Positions 46,047 through 56,873 of a DNA stretch of 64,000 bases are shown here, one piece after another. Both the position numbers and the translations under genes were made by a program. Origin of the DNA: Longimicrobiales bacterium (lineage in GTDB: Bacteria > Gemmatimonadota > Gemmatimonadetes > Longimicrobiales > Gaopeijiaceae); assembly GCA_963422615.1 (NCBI GenBank), contig OY730414.1, forward strand, positions 930,001 through 994,000, given 5' to 3'. Every line of letters begins with the position of its first letter. The first letter of the stretch is position 1. The notes below the pieces were generated by a model that saw nothing but the letters and a program-made list of their open reading frames with translations, ran no database searches and was not told where the DNA came from.

Positions 46047-46623
46047 TGAACTGCCCCTCGAACATGACCGCGTCACTTTCCCCACCGCATCCCCCCTCGG
46101 ACTCTTGGCCACGACGGGCATTGGGGTCGGGGCGATCGTCGGCGGGGGGATTCTCGCTCTCGCCGGAGTCGCTTTCGCGGCCACCGGCCCCAGCGCGATG
46201 CTCCCCTTCGCCCTGAACGGCGCGATCGCCCTCCTAACTGTGGCTTCCTTCGCCGAGCTTGCGGCGCACTTTCTGGAGTCGGGAGGAACCTACACGTACG
46301 CCCGCAAAGTGCTCACCGTGGAAGCGGTGTTCGCCGTGGGGTGAGTGGTCTGGGTTGCCTCTCTCCGCCCGGCCCGCTCCCGGAGATCCGGGACGCCCAG
46401 TCTGTGCTTGGAGGCCCGCTGAAGTCGGCCCTGAACGCAGATCTGCGGCAGGAGGCCCTGATCATCATCCACGACGACCTTTGGAGCGAGATCCGCCAGG
46501 GTCGCCGACCTCGTGATCCTTGGACTTCACGGGCGCAAGAAGCAGGGCGTTTTCGGCAAGCTCATGCTTCGAATTGCCCGGTTGACTCACTGTCCCCTAT
46601 TCATGATCAACCAGCGCCGCTGA
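46047..46623 (+). pseudogene. Amino-acid permease (APC) N-terminus joined to a UspA-like C-terminal fragment
   Basis: GIGVGAIVGGGI..FAELAA...SGGTYTYA, then an in-frame TGA at 46342; ~150 bp later DLVILGLHG....RLTHCPLFMI; most TM segments are missing. Confidence 0.75.
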
Positions 46624-46677
46624 TGGCTTCGTCCCGACCGGGCGAGCCAGGCGCTTCCCCGCCTGAAGGACGTCGCG

Positions 46678-47487
46678 ATGAACCTCCTCCACCATGAGGT
46701 GATCCTCCGGCCGGACACCATCGCCACGAAGAAACGGATGCTGCTCCTCCATGGTATTTTCGGGGCGGGTCGAAACTGGCGGTCGGCAGCCCGGCGGCTG
46801 GTCAAGGAACGATCCGACTGGGCCGTGGTCCCTGTTGACCTCAGATCTCACGGGAGCTCTCCCCGCTTGCCGGCACCGTTTACGGTGGAATCGTGCAGCC
46901 GCGACCTCCTTGACCTGCAAGCCCACCTGGATTTTCGGGCCGACGCCGTACTGGGCCACTCTTTCGGCGGGAAGGTCGCATTGAGATACGCCTGCCAGCG
47001 TCCGGACCATCGGATTCAGGTCTGGGTCGTTGACTCGGCGCCGGGTGCGCGCCAGCCCGGTGGAAGCGCGTGGCGAATGCTCGGGGTCTTGCGGGGCCAC
47101 CCGGGACCCTTCAGGAGCCGCGCGGAAGCCATCGCCGCCGTCCGTTCGGCGGGTTTCTCCGGCCCGGTTGCCCGGTGGATGGCCACCAACGTGAAAGAGG
47201 AGGGGGACCAGTGGCAATGGCGGCTAAACCCCGACGACATGGAAGAACTCCTGCGCGATTTCTTCCGAACCGACATCTGGGATTTCGTAGAAGCGCCCCC
47301 TCCCGGCACAACGATTCACTTTGTCAAGGCCTCGAAATCCCGAGTGATGGACGGTTCCACCACAGCCCGCATTCGGGAAGCGGCCCGAAAGACGGGCCAA
47401 GTCCACCTCCATGAAATCGAAGGGGGCCACTGGGTGCACACCGACAACCCCGGTGCGCTTCAGCGGCTTTTGGCAGACCGATTGTGA
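46678..47487 (+). CDS. Alpha/beta hydrolase (YbfF/ABHD11-like)
   Basis: LHGIFG, DLRSHG, GHSFGGK and GHWVHTDNP motifs. Confidence 0.9.
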   Translation: MNLLHHEVILRPDTIATKKRMLLLHGIFGAGRNWRSAARRLVKERSDWAVVPVDLRSHGSSPRLPAPFTVESCSRDLLDLQAHLDFRADAVLGHSFGGKVALRYACQRPDHRIQVWVVDSAPGARQPGGSAWRMLGVLRGHPGPFRSRAEAIAAVRSAGFSGPVARWMATNVKEEGDQWQWRLNPDDMEELLRDFFRTDIWDFVEAPPPGTTIHFVKASKSRVMDGSTTARIREAARKTGQVHLHEIEGGHWVHTDNPGALQRLLADRL

Positions 47488-47493
47488 AGGCCA

Positions 47494-47528
47494 ACGGCTC
47501 CTGCGCCCGGCCTGGACGCAGGAGCCGT
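47494..47528. terminator. Hairpin between convergent genes, probable terminator
   Basis: ACGGCTCCTGCG...CGCAGGAGCCGT perfect 12-bp stem; U-tracts are weak. Confidence 0.6.
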
Positions 47529-47586
47529 CACCCCTTTGTACTAGCTAGTGGTTGTACCAGCTAGTGGCGATCGGGTCGTTCCCGGG

Positions 47587-50343
47587 TCAGTGGAAGATCT
47601 GGAAACCGAAGTTGAGGGAGCGGGGGAAGCCCAAGAAGACTTCCGCGTCATCTGCCTTGTGGCTCAGCTGTCCCCGATCCCGCTCGGCGGCGTCCCAGTA
47701 CCCGTTGAACCGGGAGTTGTCCACCGCGTCCTGGATGTACACCGAGTCGAAGATGTTGAAGGCATGGATGAACAGGCGGACATTGCCGCCCAGGGCAGAG
47801 GCCATTTCCGTCGCGAGCCGATAGGACGCGTGGACGTCGAAGACCGTATACCCCGGAGGGCTCCAGGACTGGACGCCCTCATCGACGTTGGAGGTCCGGC
47901 CGAAGGGGTCGTAGTCGGCGTAGTGTTTCCCGAAGGTCTTGCCCACGGCCTGGAGGTAGAGGCCACCGGACGGGAAAACGGACAGCGCGTACGCGACCTG
48001 GAACTGAGGCGCATCGCCCACGTAGAGGCCGTTCAGGTAGAAGTTGTACTCTTGTGTTTCCCCTTGGCGGTCGTCGGGCTTGAAGGTGCCGGTGGGGTTG
48101 TTGGTGTACTTCCAATCGCCAAAGGACAGGGCGCCGTCGAAGCGCAGGAAGTCGGCTGGCTGAAAGGCAGCCTCCAGCTCAACCCCCATGTGGCGGGCGT
48201 CGACACCCAGGAGGTTAACCAATCCGTCCGCGTTGTCGCCCATGAGGTTCCGGATGAACTGGTTTCGGGTCCTGTCGTTCCACTGGGTGAAATAGACGTT
48301 GCCGTCGAAGGAGAACTGACGGTTCAGGGAGCGGAAACGGGTCCCGGCTTCGAAGGAGAGGAAGGTTTCGTTCTTGGGATCGGGGTTGAGAATTCCGAGG
48401 TTGTCGTCAATGACGCCGTCGAAGATGGGCACCTTGGAAACCAGTCCGGCGTTCCCGTAGACGGACCACTCCGGGTTCACGTTCCGTACCGCGCCGCCCT
48501 TCATCTGGTACCCGGTGAGGCCACCACTGTTCAGCTTCAGCTGGCCGCCGCCGCTTCGGGTGAAGAAGTCGGTGAAGTCGTAGGAGATCCTGGATACGCC
48601 GACCATGCCGTAGTATGAGCCTGCGAGAGAAGACTTCTCGGCCTGCAGGTGGGCGCCGATCCAGTTGACGTCGTTCTCATTGTGATAGTTGATCTTGTCT
48701 CCGAGCCCCCGGTTCCCCTGGGCCTCCGTCCAGAAATCGGAGCTGCAACCCCGGAAGCAATCGTTGTAGAAGTCGCCTCCCAGGAGGTCTCGCACTTCCC
48801 GGTAGTGCTCGATGGTGGCGGTGCGCCAGTCCACCCCGAGCTCGGTGACGAAATCGTTGGAAAAATCCTTTTGGAGCTTCGCGATGAAGCCGTACGTGTC
48901 CTGGTTGTTCACCGAGTTCCTGAGGATGCCCGATGATCCGCCGTCCTCATTGCCCCGATTCCGGTCAATCGTCGCGTTCCAGTCCGGATAGCGCTGTCCG
49001 TAGGTGTAATCCCATCGCAGCGACCCGTACGTTCCCGTTCCGCCGCCCTCCCCGCCGGAGTAGTAGGCCACCGTGTTGGCGGTCAGCCCGTTCCCCAAGT
49101 AGGAGTACCAATTCAGGTTGACCTGGGGCTTGTGGAAATAGTTCTCCCGCTCGTTCAGGAAACTCCGGTCGTGGCGGCTAAAGACGCCGTTGCCGGGTCC
49201 GGTGCTCGTGAACTGGCGTCCCGTGTAACTGGGATCAACCCCCCCCAGATTCGGACTCCAGTAGCGTCCAGCTTCGTTGGCGAATTGGCCCAAAGCGCTC
49301 GGGTCGTAGTCGTCCAGGCTCGCGGCGAAATGCCGGTTCAGGGTGGCGACGTTGAGCTTGTAGAGGTTTTGGCCATGGCGCTGAGGCGCACCCACGGTGT
49401 AGAGCTCGAGCCGATTTCGGTCGCTGAACGTGAATTGCGACGCGATGTAATAGGACCATGCGTCGGTCCAGGTCCCGTCGATCAGCCCGTCCCCCTGCTT
49501 TCGGACCCCGGAGGCGGTCATGGCGAATCTGCCAATCGGTCCCGTCGACGCCGTCATCGTCGTCTTGAGGAACCTGCCGCTTCCGAATTCCTGTTTCAAA
49601 TTGTATCCGGGGGTCTGCTGGCTCGGATCCGTGATCACATTCAGGGTTCCCCCGATGGACGGCGTGGCAAGGTTGACGGCGCTCAGGCCCCGCTGGAGCT
49701 GAATGCTCGTCGCGGCGTCGCCCAGGCCGTCCCAGTTGGACCAGTAGACCCAACCGTTCTCCATGTCGTTCACGGGAACGCCGTTGATCATGACCGCGGT
49801 GTTCCGCTGGCTGAAGCCTCGAACGTTGATGCGCGCGTCACCTGCGCCACCGCCCTGAGCGGTGGAATAGACCGACGGGGTGACGCTCAGGACCAAGGGC
49901 AGATCCCGGGACCCCAGTTGAGTCTGAATCTGCGCCTTGGAAACATCGGTGAAGGCGACCGGGGTCCGGCGCTCTTCCGCTCTCTCGGCGAGCACTTCGA
50001 TTCCGCCCAAAGTCAGGGCGGTCGAAGTCAGGGCGAAGTCCACCACGGCGGTACCGCCGCCGTCCACCGTGATCCGCTGGCTCTCGGCGGTGAATCCGAT
50101 CATCTGGATGGATACGTCGTAGGACCCGGCGGGGACGCCGACGATGTTAAATCGCCCGGTCGAGTTCGTCAGTCCCCCGTACTGGGCCCCGGTGACCGTC
50201 TGGGACAGAATGACCTGGGCACTTTCTGCTGCGGACCCGTCGGCGGTCACGGAACCGGTCACGGCTCCCGTCTGCTGAGCACTGAGCGGCGCCGCCAGGA
50301 ACAGCAGTGGCACGATGGTACGAAACAGCTTTATCCCTCGCAT
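47587..50343 (-). CDS. TonB-dependent receptor with N-terminal carboxypeptidase-regulatory-like domain
   Basis: Signal peptide, plug motifs INVRGF..AVMINGVP and GGTLNVIT, aromatic C-terminal strand; AGGAG RBS. Confidence 0.93.
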   Translation of the reverse strand: MRGIKLFRTIVPLLFLAAPLSAQQTGAVTGSVTADGSAAESAQVILSQTVTGAQYGGLTNSTGRFNIVGVPAGSYDVSIQMIGFTAESQRITVDGGGTAVVDFALTSTALTLGGIEVLAERAEERRTPVAFTDVSKAQIQTQLGSRDLPLVLSVTPSVYSTAQGGGAGDARINVRGFSQRNTAVMINGVPVNDMENGWVYWSNWDGLGDAATSIQLQRGLSAVNLATPSIGGTLNVITDPSQQTPGYNLKQEFGSGRFLKTTMTASTGPIGRFAMTASGVRKQGDGLIDGTWTDAWSYYIASQFTFSDRNRLELYTVGAPQRHGQNLYKLNVATLNRHFAASLDDYDPSALGQFANEAGRYWSPNLGGVDPSYTGRQFTSTGPGNGVFSRHDRSFLNERENYFHKPQVNLNWYSYLGNGLTANTVAYYSGGEGGGTGTYGSLRWDYTYGQRYPDWNATIDRNRGNEDGGSSGILRNSVNNQDTYGFIAKLQKDFSNDFVTELGVDWRTATIEHYREVRDLLGGDFYNDCFRGCSSDFWTEAQGNRGLGDKINYHNENDVNWIGAHLQAEKSSLAGSYYGMVGVSRISYDFTDFFTRSGGGQLKLNSGGLTGYQMKGGAVRNVNPEWSVYGNAGLVSKVPIFDGVIDDNLGILNPDPKNETFLSFEAGTRFRSLNRQFSFDGNVYFTQWNDRTRNQFIRNLMGDNADGLVNLLGVDARHMGVELEAAFQPADFLRFDGALSFGDWKYTNNPTGTFKPDDRQGETQEYNFYLNGLYVGDAPQFQVAYALSVFPSGGLYLQAVGKTFGKHYADYDPFGRTSNVDEGVQSWSPPGYTVFDVHASYRLATEMASALGGNVRLFIHAFNIFDSVYIQDAVDNSRFNGYWDAAERDRGQLSHKADDAEVFLGFPRSLNFGFQIFH

Positions 50344-50911
50344 TCTCCTGTTTCTCCTCTTTTCAAGATGTTGGTGTCGGAGAAGCCGTTGCTCCCCCTT
50401 GCTGGCTCCCTTCGACCCGCTACCGATCCCCCGGCCTCACCGGGGCAGCGCGGGCGCCAGAGCCACCTTAAGATAACGTCCGGGGTTTCTTTCCGGAAAA
50501 AGATGTCGTCCCATAGATCGCTGCCACAAGATCAACCGGGTTTCCCCCGGCGGCAATTGACCCCGGGTTCCGCCGGCGACACGATGTCTTTCCGCGACGA
50601 CCGACAGACTTGCTGGCCGCAGGTCCGTCTCCAGGGCCCTCTGGACAGTTCCCAACGGAAACCCTAGAATGCAAGCCTTGAGAACCGATACGCTGACGCG
50701 AACGGGACCGGCCGCGGACCTCCGATCACGCTGGCGGGTGAGCCGTGTCGCCCGAGGGCGGACGCGGTTTTTCTTGTGTTGGCAAGCTGTGGTGGCAACC
50801 TGCGTCTCCTTCATTTTGCGCGACGGCCAACGGGAACGAACCCTGAGGGTGATACATGACGACACGACGATACATGGAGAGTAAGAGGACGGATGCGAAA
50901 CAGGAGGACGT

Positions 50912-51877
50912 ATGATCTCCGTTGAAGGGGTGACCAAGCGTTTCGGCTCCCTTGTTGCGGTCAACCAAGCCAGCTTCGAGGTGAAGCGGGGCGAGGTCGT
51001 CGGTTTTCTCGGACCCAACGGGGCCGGGAAGACGACCACGATGCGGATGTTGACGGGGACGCTCCAGCCCGACCAGGGCGCGATTCGATTCGACGGAGAA
51101 TCCATTGCCGATGGCCTGACGGCGGCGAAGGCCCGGCTGGGGTACCTTCCGGAAGCGAACCCCCTATATGAGGACATGCTCGTTTGCGAATACCTCGAGT
51201 TCGTCGCCCGGTTGCGTGGGTTGGCGGACCGGACGGCCCGTTCTTCCATCGGCGTCACGGTTGAGGAGACGGGACTGGCGGAAGTCTTCTACCGGCCCAT
51301 CGGCGAGCTCTCCAAGGGCTTTCGCCAACGCACCGGCATGGCCGGGGCCATTCTCCACCAGCCGGAGATCCTGGTGCTGGATGAGCCGACGGAGGGGCTG
51401 GATCCCAATCAACGCGTGGAGATTCGGAAGCTGGTGAGCTCCCTGGGGAGCGAACGCACGGTGATTCTGTGCTCTCATGTAATGCAAGAAGTTGAGGCGA
51501 CCTGCGACCGGGTTCTCATCATCTCCCAGGGCGCCATCGTGGCCGACGGTACCGTGAGAGAGCTGATGGACGCGGGCAATGCCGCGGTCCTCTACACTGT
51601 CGAAGCCGAAGGGAAGCTCGAGGACGTAGTGGAGGGATTGCGGAGATTGCCTGGAATCACCGGCCACGCCGCTGAAGGGGTGAGGGGCCGCGTCCGGGTG
51701 CGTCTTCAGACCTCGGGCGGCCATGAGCTTCGGCCCGACATCTTCAAGCTGGCCGCGGCGAGGGGGTGGATCCTCTGGGAGTTGCGCCGGGAACGGGAAT
51801 CGTTGGAGCAGCTGTTCAGGGAACTTACCGTGGGCCGGAGCGAACCCCCGGGAGCAGAGGACGGAGGTGCATCATGA
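50912..51877 (+). CDS. ABC transporter ATP-binding protein (GldA-like)
   Basis: GPNGAGKTT, LSKGFRQR and LDEPTEGLDPNQ motifs. Confidence 0.93.
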   Translation: MISVEGVTKRFGSLVAVNQASFEVKRGEVVGFLGPNGAGKTTTMRMLTGTLQPDQGAIRFDGESIADGLTAAKARLGYLPEANPLYEDMLVCEYLEFVARLRGLADRTARSSIGVTVEETGLAEVFYRPIGELSKGFRQRTGMAGAILHQPEILVLDEPTEGLDPNQRVEIRKLVSSLGSERTVILCSHVMQEVEATCDRVLIISQGAIVADGTVRELMDAGNAAVLYTVEAEGKLEDVVEGLRRLPGITGHAAEGVRGRVRVRLQTSGGHELRPDIFKLAAARGWILWELRRERESLEQLFRELTVGRSEPPGAEDGGAS

Positions 51878-54153
51878 GTCGGCAGGTTCTCCTCGTGGCT
51901 CGTAGAGAGGTCCGGAGTTTTTTTGACCAGCCCACGGCGTACATCCTCGCGGTCGCTTTCCTGGGCCTGAGCCTCTACATCTCTTTTCGTTCCCTGTACG
52001 CAATCGGCGCTGCGTCCTTGCGCCCCTTGTTCGACCTTCTCCCTTGGCTCTTCGTGGTCTTCATTCCCGCTGTGGCCATGAAGAGTCTGGCCGAGGAACG
52101 CCGCAGCGGGACCCTGGAGTGGCTCCTTGCCCAGCCCCTCACGGAGGCGGAGCTCGTGCTGGGCAAGTTTCTCGGTAACTGGCTGTTCGTCATGATCGCC
52201 CTGGTCGGTACCCTGCCGACGGCGTTGGGGGTCCTGGTGGTATCCGAAGCCGATCCGGGGATCATGATCGCGCAGTACGCGGGGGCGGCGTTGCTTGCCG
52301 CCCAGATGGTCGCCGTCGGCCTTTGGGCTTCCTCGCTCACGAGCAACCAGATCACCGCCTTCATCCTGGGCGCTTTTGTGTGCTTTGCCCTGGTGCTCAT
52401 CGGAACGCCCGTCGTTCAGATCGGCCTCCCCAGGCTCCTGGGGGGATGGGCGAGCCAGCTTTCGGTCATGAGCCACTTCGAGAACGTCGCTCGGGGCGTG
52501 GTCGACCTTCGGGACCTGCTCTACTTCGCGTCCACTTGCGGCCTCTTTCTCCTGCTGGCCCTTGCCGCCCTGGGTCACCAGCGGCTCAGCAGGGAAGGGG
52601 ACACCTTCCGCAGACTCCGCCTCGGTACGGGCGTGATCACCCTGGGCGTGCTGATGCTGAACCTTCTAGGCGGCCACATCCGGGGGCGTCTGGACCTGAC
52701 CCGGGGCAACCTCTTCACCCTGTCTTCCGGGAGCCGGGACATGTTGGCGGGGCTGGACGACTTCGTGAACCTGAAGCTCTTCGTGAGCGACGATCTCCCC
52801 CAGCAAACCCAGCTCATGCTTCGGGACGTGCGGGACTTGACGGCCGACTTGGCCAACGCCTCCGACGGCAGGTTGGTGGTGGAGGAGATCAATCCCGACG
52901 ACAGCGAAGAGGCTGGAGAGGAAGCTTCTTCCCAGGGCGTGCTCCCCATCGAATTCAACGTCCTGGGCGACGACGAATTCCAGGTCAAGCGGGGGTACTT
53001 CGGACTGGCCATTTCCTATGCCGACGAGCGGGAAACCATTCCCATCATTGACCGGGTCGACGACTTGGAGTTCCGCCTCGTTTCCGCGGTCGCCAGCATG
53101 ACGGCGGACCGGCTCCCCGTTCTGGCGTTCGGGTCCGGCTTCGAAGCGAAGGAGTCCTTCCACTACCGGGCATTCCGGGAGGGTCTTGCCGACCGCTACC
53201 GCATCACCACCATCGATCTCCAGAACGACTCCGCGAGAGCCCTGCGGCCCGATTCGATCGACGTGCTCATGGTTGCGGCCCCGACCCAGCCCCTGACCCC
53301 CGAGGCTTCCGGCGCCATCGACGATTACCTGAACGCCGGGGGTGCGGCCCTCTTCTTGATGGAACGCCACGCCCTCGACCCTCAGAGTCCCATGTCCATG
53401 CCCGTAAACACCGGGCTGGAAGGAGTCCTGTCCGCTCGGGGCGTGGATGCACCCGACGGGATGGTCTTTGACTTGGCCTCTGCGGAACGGATCTCCATTG
53501 GTCGGCAGGGGATCTTCAACGTGGTCAGCACCTACCCCCTCTGGCCCGTGGCCTTCCCCGGGGAGGATCACCCTACGAATCGGGGGTTGAGCAACGTAAC
53601 CTTTGGCTGGGCGGCCCCGTTTACGTGGGAAGAGGACGACCCGTCCGTGACCTCCCTGTGGGCGACCACGGATGCGGGAGGCACCCGCCCGGCGGGATCG
53701 ATCATTGCTCCCAGAACCCAAATCGAACCGAACGAAGACGAGACGAGTGTTCAGGTTCTGGCGGTGGCGGTTGACGCGTCGGAGTCGGATGACGAGAGCG
53801 GGGAAGGGGACGAAGAGAACGAGAGACCCGGCGGACGCATCATTGCCGTGGGCGATAGCGACTTTCTGGAAGACCGCTTCGTCCAGGCCAACTCCCAGAA
53901 CCTGATTTTTGCCGCCAACGCCGTGGACTGGCTGGCCCAGGATGAGGCCTTGATCGGGATTCGGTCCAAGGACAGAACGCCTCCCGCCCTGGTCTTCGAA
54001 TCCGACTTTGACAAGAGTGCTCTGAAGTGGGGATCGATGATCGGCGTTCCCCTGCTCTTCGTCGTCGTCGGGTTCCTCCGGGTGACGGGCCGAACGGGCC
54101 GGGCGAAGCGCCGATGGGACGACGCGACCGGAGGAGACGCAAATCATGAATGA
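51874..54153 (+). CDS. GldF-GldG fusion-like ABC permease/substrate-binding protein
   Basis: AEERRSGTLE.L permease motif, DLT....FTLS, GDSDF and NAVDWL..DE.LI.IRSK. Confidence 0.9.
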   Translation: MSRQVLLVARREVRSFFDQPTAYILAVAFLGLSLYISFRSLYAIGAASLRPLFDLLPWLFVVFIPAVAMKSLAEERRSGTLEWLLAQPLTEAELVLGKFLGNWLFVMIALVGTLPTALGVLVVSEADPGIMIAQYAGAALLAAQMVAVGLWASSLTSNQITAFILGAFVCFALVLIGTPVVQIGLPRLLGGWASQLSVMSHFENVARGVVDLRDLLYFASTCGLFLLLALAALGHQRLSREGDTFRRLRLGTGVITLGVLMLNLLGGHIRGRLDLTRGNLFTLSSGSRDMLAGLDDFVNLKLFVSDDLPQQTQLMLRDVRDLTADLANASDGRLVVEEINPDDSEEAGEEASSQGVLPIEFNVLGDDEFQVKRGYFGLAISYADERETIPIIDRVDDLEFRLVSAVASMTADRLPVLAFGSGFEAKESFHYRAFREGLADRYRITTIDLQNDSARALRPDSIDVLMVAAPTQPLTPEASGAIDDYLNAGGAALFLMERHALDPQSPMSMPVNTGLEGVLSARGVDAPDGMVFDLASAERISIGRQGIFNVVSTYPLWPVAFPGEDHPTNRGLSNVTFGWAAPFTWEEDDPSVTSLWATTDAGGTRPAGSIIAPRTQIEPNEDETSVQVLAVAVDASESDDESGEGDEENERPGGRIIAVGDSDFLEDRFVQANSQNLIFAANAVDWLAQDEALIGIRSKDRTPPALVFESDFDKSALKWGSMIGVPLLFVVVGFLRVTGRTGRAKRRWDDATGGDANHE

Positions 54154-55033
54154 AAAAACCCTGCGGTTGTCCCTCTACTTCCTGGCCGGGGTTACGGCCC
54201 TGTACCTTCTGGCCACGCTTTTGCGCGGGGACAGCGGCGGCCCGGCCCGGGATGCCGCATTGGCGGGGGCTCTGGAGAGCGTGGACGGCGCCTCGATCGT
54301 TCACGCCGAAATCGCGGGCCCCGAGGACACGATCCTTCTTGAGAGACATCCGGACGGCTGGACCGTGAACGGCTTCGACGCCGACTCCGGGGCCGTTGCC
54401 CGATTCCTGCGGGCGGTGGACGAGGTTGAGGTCGCCTCCGTGGCCGCGGCCAACCCGACAAACCATGCGCGCCTGGGCGTGACCGCCGACAGCGCGTGGA
54501 CCCTTTCGCTGGGAGGCGGGGAGGTGGTGGTGCTCCTGGGAAAGGCGGGTAGCCGTTTCCGCACCGCCTACGCCCGGTTGCCCGGCGAAGACCCGGTGAG
54601 CCTGATCCGGGGCGATCTCCGCTCCGCTGCGGTCCGGCCCCTTCTTGACTGGCGGAACAAGATCGTGTTGCGCGCGGACACCGGGGCGGTGGAGAGCATC
54701 CGAATCACTCGGGGTGGCGAAGTCGCCCTCTACGAGCGCCAGGATTCCACGTGGACGGTGGACGGACAAGAAGCGGACGCCGTCACCGTGCGGAACCTGC
54801 TCCAGGAGCTGGCGAACTTCCGGGCGAGCGGTTTTGCCCCGGAGGGCGCGGAGATTCCTGCGCAACCGGACCGGACACTCCTTGCAACCGATACGGCAGG
54901 CGTCGAAATGGCGACGTTGTTGCTGGCCGACAGGGGCGGGAATTTCTGGGCTGCATCTCCATCGAGCCCGTATGTCTTCGAGGTGCCGACGTTCAGGGCG
55001 GACCGCATCGTTCCAGGAACCGACGAGGAATGA
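54146..55033 (+). CDS. DUF4340-like protein
   Basis: N-terminal TM, two repeated domains with DWRNK; usual position after Gld-like ABC genes. Confidence 0.8.
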   Translation: MNEKTLRLSLYFLAGVTALYLLATLLRGDSGGPARDAALAGALESVDGASIVHAEIAGPEDTILLERHPDGWTVNGFDADSGAVARFLRAVDEVEVASVAAANPTNHARLGVTADSAWTLSLGGGEVVVLLGKAGSRFRTAYARLPGEDPVSLIRGDLRSAAVRPLLDWRNKIVLRADTGAVESIRITRGGEVALYERQDSTWTVDGQEADAVTVRNLLQELANFRASGFAPEGAEIPAQPDRTLLATDTAGVEMATLLLADRGGNFWAASPSSPYVFEVPTFRADRIVPGTDEE

Positions 55034-55091
55034 TCGTTTTGTCGGGGCAGTCGGTGACCCACACCACCGGGACAGGGGTCCGGGGGCGATT

Positions 55092-56873
55092 GTGAGTCGC
55101 CGACAGGAACGCTACGACGTCGTCGTCGTCGGTTCCGGGGCCGGCGGGGGCATGGCTGCTTTCCTCCTGGCGACGTCCGGGCTCCGCGTTCTCCTCTTGG
55201 AAGCGGGTCGTCACTACGATCCCCTCCGGGAGACGCCCATGTTCCAGCTTCCCAGGGACGCGCCGCTGAGGGGGGCCGCTACCCCGGAAAAGCCCTTCGG
55301 CTTCTACGACGCCACGGTGGACGGCGGCTGGCAGGTTCCGGGGGAGCCCTACTCGGTCGCGGAGGGTTCTGAATTCATGTGGTGGCGGTCCCGAATGCTG
55401 GGCGGGCGAACGAACCACTGGGGCCGAATTTCACTGCGCATGGGGGAGTACGACTTCAAGCCTCGAACCCGGGATGGCCTGGGCTTCGACTGGCCCCTTT
55501 CCTACGAAGACTTGGCCCCCTATTACGACAAGACGGAAGCTCTGATCGGCGTCTACGGCTCCAACGAGGGACTGGAGAACACGCCCGACTCCTCGCCCGG
55601 AGTCTTGCAGCCACCCCCGAAGCCGAGGGCCTACGAGCTCCTGGCCCGGAAGGCTTGCCGAAGACTGGGGATCCCGGTGATCCCGGCCCACCTGGCCATT
55701 CTGACCCAGACCCAGGATGCGAGCCGTCTGCCGGCCCAGATCTTTCCGGACAACGACTTGGCCCGACGGGTAACCGCGGATTCAATGCGAGGTCGGGCCG
55801 CCTGCTACTGGGCGACCCCGTGCGGACGGGGGTGCTCGATCCGGGCCAACTTCCAGTCCACGACCGTTCTTCTCCCCCCCGCCCTGGCGACGGGCTCCTT
55901 GGATGTCCGCACGGACGCGATGGTCCGGGAAGTTCCGGTGGATGCTCGGGGCCGGGCGACCGGCGTCCACTACGTCGACAAGGCGACGCTGCTTGATGAG
56001 TTCGTCGGGGCGCGGGTCGTGGTTCTGGCCGCCAGTGCCTGCGAGTCCGCCCGAATCCTCCTCAACTCCACGAGCAGCCTTTTTCCCGACGGACTGGCCA
56101 ACTCGTCTGGTCTGGTCGGACGGTATCTCATGGACACCGTGGGCGCCGGGGTGTATGCCCACATCCCTGCGTTGCAAGCCCTCCCGCCCCACAACGAGGA
56201 CGGGGCTTCGGCGATGCACATGTACATGCCTTGGTGGCTGTACGGAGAGCAGATCTCGGGTGGCCTCGATTTTCCTCGCGGGTACCACATCGAGTTCGGA
56301 GGGGGACGGCGGATGCCGGGGTTCGGCGCCTTTTCGGGGCTGGAACCCCTGACCGGAGGAAGCTACGGCCAGCGGTTCAAGGAGGACTGCCGCCGGTACT
56401 ACGGCAGCTTTCTCTTCTTTGACGGACGCGGGGAGATGATCCCCAACGAAGACTGCTTCTGCGAAATTGACGGCGACCGGGTGGATCGCTACGGCATTCC
56501 CGTCCTCAAGTTTCACTGGAAGTGGGGCGACTACGAGCTGCGCCAAGCCGTCCACATGCAACACACCTTTGCCGAGATTGTGGACGAGATGGGTGGGACG
56601 GTGCTCACCCCGGTTCACACCGACGGGAAACAAGCCATCGCAAAGGGAGGACAGATCATCCATGAAGTCGGGGGCGTGCGCATGGGCAGCAGCCCCCGCA
56701 ATTCAGTGCTGAACTCCTTCTGTCAGTCATGGGATGTGCCCAACCTGTTCGTGACCGATGGAGGCTGCTTCGTGTCCAACGCGGACAAGAACCCGACCCT
56801 TTCAATCATGGCGATCGCGTGGAGGGCGGCGGACTACATTGTGGAGCAGCTGGCCCAGCGGAGCATCGGATGA
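55092..56873 (+). CDS. GMC family oxidoreductase
   Basis: VGSGAGGG, GGRTNHWGR, HEVGGVRMG and NPTLSIMA motifs. Confidence 0.94.
   Translation: MSRRQERYDVVVVGSGAGGGMAAFLLATSGLRVLLLEAGRHYDPLRETPMFQLPRDAPLRGAATPEKPFGFYDATVDGGWQVPGEPYSVAEGSEFMWWRSRMLGGRTNHWGRISLRMGEYDFKPRTRDGLGFDWPLSYEDLAPYYDKTEALIGVYGSNEGLENTPDSSPGVLQPPPKPRAYELLARKACRRLGIPVIPAHLAILTQTQDASRLPAQIFPDNDLARRVTADSMRGRAACYWATPCGRGCSIRANFQSTTVLLPPALATGSLDVRTDAMVREVPVDARGRATGVHYVDKATLLDEFVGARVVVLAASACESARILLNSTSSLFPDGLANSSGLVGRYLMDTVGAGVYAHIPALQALPPHNEDGASAMHMYMPWWLYGEQISGGLDFPRGYHIEFGGGRRMPGFGAFSGLEPLTGGSYGQRFKEDCRRYYGSFLFFDGRGEMIPNEDCFCEIDGDRVDRYGIPVLKFHWKWGDYELRQAVHMQHTFAEIVDEMGGTVLTPVHTDGKQAIAKGGQIIHEVGGVRMGSSPRNSVLNSFCQSWDVPNLFVTDGGCFVSNADKNPTLSIMAIAWRAADYIVEQLAQRSIG

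Noticed and set aside
50344..50911. Possible cobalamin or other riboswitch upstream of the TonB receptor
   Set aside because: No B12-box or TPP consensus found by eye.
50912..55033. Gliding motility system
   Set aside because: GldAFG-like ABC plus DUF4340 clusters are widespread in non-gliding bacteria, and no other gld/spr genes are present here.
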